A DNA stretch of 64,000 bases, taken from positions 7,564,001-7,628,000 of the forward strand of contig OX597833.1 in NCBI GenBank assembly GCA_951406725.2, written 5' to 3'. The DNA comes from Octopus vulgaris. Taxonomy: Eukaryota. Below the pieces are notes generated by a model. That model did no database searches. It worked only from the letters and a program-made list of their open reading frames with translations, and was not told the origin of the DNA. This document shows positions 59,230-64,000 of the stretch, piece after piece; the stretch's first letter is position 1, and every line of letters starts with the position of its first letter. Both the position numbers and the translations under genes were made by a program.

Positions 59230-59627
59230 CTCTTTTACTCTTTTACTTATTTCAGCTATTTGACGGCGGCCATGCTGGAGCACCGCCTTTAGTCGAACAA
59301 ATTGACCCCAGGACTTATTCTTTGTCAGCCTAGTACTTATTCTATCGTTCACTTTTGCCGAACCGCTAAGTTACGGGAACGTAAATACACGAACATCGAT
59401 TGTCAAGCGATGGTGGGAGAACAATCACAGGCGCACAAACATATACATATATATACATATATACGACGGGCTTCTTTCAGTTTCCGTCTACCAAATCCAC
59501 TTACAAGGTTTTGGTCAGCCCGAAGCTATAGTAGAAGACATTTGCCCAAAGTGCCACGCAGTGAGACTGAACCCGGAACCATGTGGTTCGTAAGCAAGCT
59601 ACTTACCACACAGCCACTCCTGCGCCT
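59230..59627 (-). mobile_element. SINE family C, full length, short central microsatellite
   Basis: Colinear reverse complement of 45582-46023, ending at head ..cacagccactcctgcgcct. Confidence 0.94.
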
Positions 59628-60237
59628 ATTAGTTATTAGAGACGGATGCAGTATTGATACCGAAGAACATGCTGTGTTTCCTCCTAAACAAGGATGTATT
59701 TATTGTATAAGGCCTTCATACTGCTGCATTCGTCTTGAGATAGCATCTCATGTAGAAGTAAGTTGTTAAAGAGACCAGAAGTAACAACAGTAGATGGGAA
59801 ATAAGGAGGGGGATGTGTGGAATGAGAGAGTGGGAGTAGGGAAAGAGGAAGAGCGATACAGGGACAGGGATGAAGGTTAGAGGTACATAGCGGTGGATAC
59901 AGTTTCGAGCAAAGAGGATTGGGTTGCGTCAGTCGTAAATATGAGAGTCTGTTATGTTAACACCGCCGATGCTGGACAGTTTTTGTCTACTCTTGATACT
60001 CTTTTGCTTTTTAGTCAAAGAGGGACTCGATATACAAGTAGCATGCGGTGGCTTAGTGAAACTGGACTTCCTGTTTGTTTTCACTCTCCTATTTGTGTTA
60101 CCAATTTTGACCCTCCGCAAAATCCCAAATTGTATTTAATTTGCTTTGCGGGAGCAGCTGTTTTATCGAAAGCACATATTGTTGTTAAATGCTCGAAATA
60201 CGAGCATTTTCAGCCATCCATTCCTATGTTATTAGAG

Positions 60238-60425
60238 CCATGTGTGATAGTGCAGAGTCTTACTGAGACACATATGGCCTTCCATTGCATATCCAGGGCT
60301 TAATTATTTTCAGGACTTCAATGTTGGTGGAGGAGTTAACTCTAAGGCCTCGTGGAAAGAAGTAAGGAGGCATCACATGTCCTTCATTGCTGACAACCCC
60401 TAAAATCATGACAGTTGCAGGAGGT
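60238..60425 (-). mobile_element. maT/DD37D-like transposase fragment (different subfamily from 55468-55945)
   Basis: PATVMILGVVSNEGHVMPPYFFPRGLRVNS..IEVLKIIKPWICNGRPYVSQ*DSA. Confidence 0.85.
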
Positions 60426-60488
60426 AGCAAAAATGCAGCAATGACCCCCAAAAAGGTATGTCCTCAAATAGCTTACACACCTTGTATG

Positions 60489-60533
<45 letters not shown>

Positions 60534-61010
60534 AAATAGCGTTCGTAATAGTTTATCTCGTTCGGCTTAACAGCTCTTCTTGTCTGTGTTACTGTTATTC
60601 TCCTTGTCCTGTCTTTTACTGTTTATATTTTGTACTGTCGTTACTGTCCTGTTTTTGTTACCATTTTTACCCCTCCGCAAAAAATCTCAAATTTTATTTA
60701 ATTTGCTTTTCGCGGAAAGGAATGTTTCATTAAAGTCGTGTCTCGCCTTGACCTTCGAAACGCGGAGTAGATGAAACAAAGGCAACTGAAGAAGGGGAAA
60801 TTTCCTTGTATTGTATGTCCTGTACTCTGTTTTTTTCGTTGTTTAAGAAAAATGTCCATTTCCTTGGTTTTGTGTTTATGTTTTCGTTTCTCATTGTGTT
60901 CGACGTTTTTTTTTTGGTGTCCTCTACCCATATATGCATGTATATATACATGTAGAGGTAGGTACGTACATATATGTATGTATATATGCATATGTCCTAT
61001 TTATTTATTA

Positions 61011-61066
<56 letters not shown>

Positions 61067-61129
61067 GCACATACGAATTTGAATTAAACTGTTTTGATCC
61101 ATACATGTAACTCCCAATAGATTGGTTGA

Positions 61130-61630
<501 letters not shown>

Positions 61631-61657
61631 TACATTTACATGTATACACGGAGAAGC

Positions 61658-61700
<43 letters not shown>

Positions 61701-62188
61701 TGGTGGAGACGGGGATGTGATGCCTAGAGATGTGGGAGTGCAACAGTAGTGAAACCCTCAACTGACCGTTTCCAGCAGGGATTCCAAGAAAAGCCTCACG
61801 CGTGTCTTAGCACCCCCCCACATCCCCCACTCACACACTAAATTCCCTCCACCAACACCACTCCCCCTCCCTCACCCCTAGTTTCTCTCACACACAACCC
61901 TTATCTCTCCCTTCTTCTTCTTCCTAACCCCTGCTCCTCCTCCTCCTCCTCTTCCCCCTACTTTTACGGTCGTATCTCAATTATTTCGTCTGTCAGACAA
62001 TCAGATAAACTCGCAGAAAATCCATTTACCAAGACCTATAGCATTGCCACACACACAGCGCCTCACACACACATATACGCACACATACACAAACACACAC
62101 ATATACGCACACAGTTCGCATATACACGCAGCCAGCGATACTCTCTCTTTCTCTCTCTTTCCCTCTGTTTCTGTCTTTCTCACTCTAT

Positions 62189-62224
<36 letters not shown>

Positions 62225-62513
62225 CTCTCTCTCTCTCTCTCACACACACACAGCGTCTTACACGTGGTAGCATATACTTCCATACATTGATAATTACACA
62301 CACAGACACAATATTTTACACACACACACATGCAGAATCACATATACACAGACAACGGTAAACACACTCAGTGTCTTATACGCACACAGACACACAGCAA
62401 CACACACACACATAGTGAGAGACAGAGAGATTGTGGTGCTCACACATACACAGTCACAAATACACACATACGAAAGCACATATATGCACACGCAATCACT
62501 CACACACACACAT

Positions 62514-62544
<31 letters not shown>

Positions 62545-62711
62545 TTCTCCCTCTCTCTTTCTCTCTCTCTCTTTCTTTCTCTCTCTCTCTCTCTCTTTCT
62601 CATTGTAGATTTCACAATCTTTTATTCTTATTTTTCCCCTCTCCCCATTTATTTGTTCTTCTGTTCAATCTCATCCACACTCCCTCTTTAATACTGCCTC
62701 TCCCTCTGTGT

Positions 62712-62801
<90 letters not shown>

Positions 62802-63160
62802 GTGCCATGCATATGAACAACATCGGCAAACACATTCATTCCAATGCATACCACTGGCCCCTTTGAATTATCTCCCTTCACTCATTTTGTTCTTTGAATT
62901 ATGCAAATTATCCTGTCCATAGATGGATACTGCTCCTTTATGTATAAGCCAAAGTCCCTTGGAGATAAGGTCGGGCAAGTGTCGTGCTGATGACGTGTGT
63001 TGGGGCAGAAACGTGTTCACCACTGTCCTCAGATCTCCAGACAAGAAACCTGTCACTTTCCTAAATGACGTTTAATTTGGGAGAAATTGTTAATTCTTGA
63101 GATTATCTCCCCTTCTCGTGTGGAGTTGGTCTTAATTGCCCGTTGGTAATTATGATTCCA

Positions 63161-63394
63161 TAAGGCGGTAAGCTGGCAGAAACGTTATCACGCCGGGTGA
63201 AATGCTAAGCGGTATTTCGTCTGCCGCTACGTTCTAAGTTCAAATTCCGCCGAGGTCGACTTTTCCTTTCATCCTTTCGGGGTCGATTAAATAAGTACCA
63301 GTTAAGCACTAGGGTCGATATAATCGACTTAATCCCTTTGTCTGTTCTTGTTTGTCCCCTCTGTGTTTGGCTCCTTGTGGCTAGTAAAGAAATA
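63161..63394 (+). mobile_element. SINE family A, full-length monomer with a 16-bp TSD
   Basis: TSD ggtaattatgattcca at 63145-63160 and 63395-63410; A and B boxes and a Meta-like core. Confidence 0.95.
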
Positions 63395-63554
63395 GGTAAT
63401 TATGATTCCACCTCTAGCGGTGAAGATAAATTTGATAAATCAAGAATTTATACTTTATGGTATTTGATATACCTGTATTCGGAACTCCCAGCTTATTTTT
63501 TTAAAACAAAAGAAAGAGGCTAAAGAGCCGAACAAGCTCATATATATGATAGAT

Positions 63555-63617
63555 AGGAGTCGAAACAGCGATCCGAGGACCGCGAATCCGCAGCCCTAAC
63601 CACTGGGCCATTGCGCT
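63555..63617 (-). mobile_element. SINE family D head only
   Basis: Reverse complement gcgcaatggcccagtggttagggctgcggattcgcggtcctcggatcgctgtttcgactcc. Confidence 0.75.
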
Positions 63618-63619
63618 TC

Positions 63620-63689
<70 letters not shown>

Positions 63690-64000
63690 CTGTGTATGTG
63701 TGTGAGTTGCATTTTCTGTCCACTGATCTGATTATCTATCCCCAGCAATCTCATTCTCATCATTACCGTTAGTAATTACTAGAAATAACAGTCAATACCC
63801 CTTACAACATATTCAACTATCCAACAAAAAGATACAGTCTATTATGTTGTGCGGGGCGTTATTCCAAAACAATAGATGCTGTGGTCATTGCTGGATTGTC
63901 TATTTTACTCAGATAGTGTAGGGTTAAACAACAGCCATCTCTAGCACAATTACAACTGTTACTTGTACAACCGTTGTCGTAGTTGATGTTGTTGTTGTTG

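Overview
Eukaryotic, AT-rich, extremely microsatellite-dense non-coding DNA. The SINE, LINE and Helitron families look like those of an octopus (coleoid cephalopod) genome; this is inferred from pattern recognition, not a database search. I find no supportable host protein-coding gene. Almost all ORFs in the track are translations of (TA)n, (CA)n, (TACA)n, (GATA)n, (TAA)n or (GAT)n repeats. The non-microsatellite sequence is a patchwork of mobile-element relics: about 35 copies or fragments of four tRNA-derived SINE families (called A-D here), CR1-like, RTE-like and R4/Dong-like LINE fragments, one degenerate Penelope-like element (PLE), three short non-autonomous Helitrons, and Tc1/mariner fragments. 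The most interesting observations are: (i) type I hammerhead ribozyme motifs, one at the 3' end of the PLE and others in dispersed remnants; (ii) an internal inverted duplication and a low-complexity insertion in the PLE GIY-YIG region; (iii) a SINE sharing a stem-loop 3' tail with the local CR1-like LINE; (iv) a Helitron whose empty target site survives in the neighbouring tandem copy; and (v) a recurrent SINE dimer junction. Coordinates were counted by eye and edges of degenerate elements are approximate. Nothing here is a demonstrably new biological system; the ribozyme/PLE and SINE-LINE observations are the best leads.
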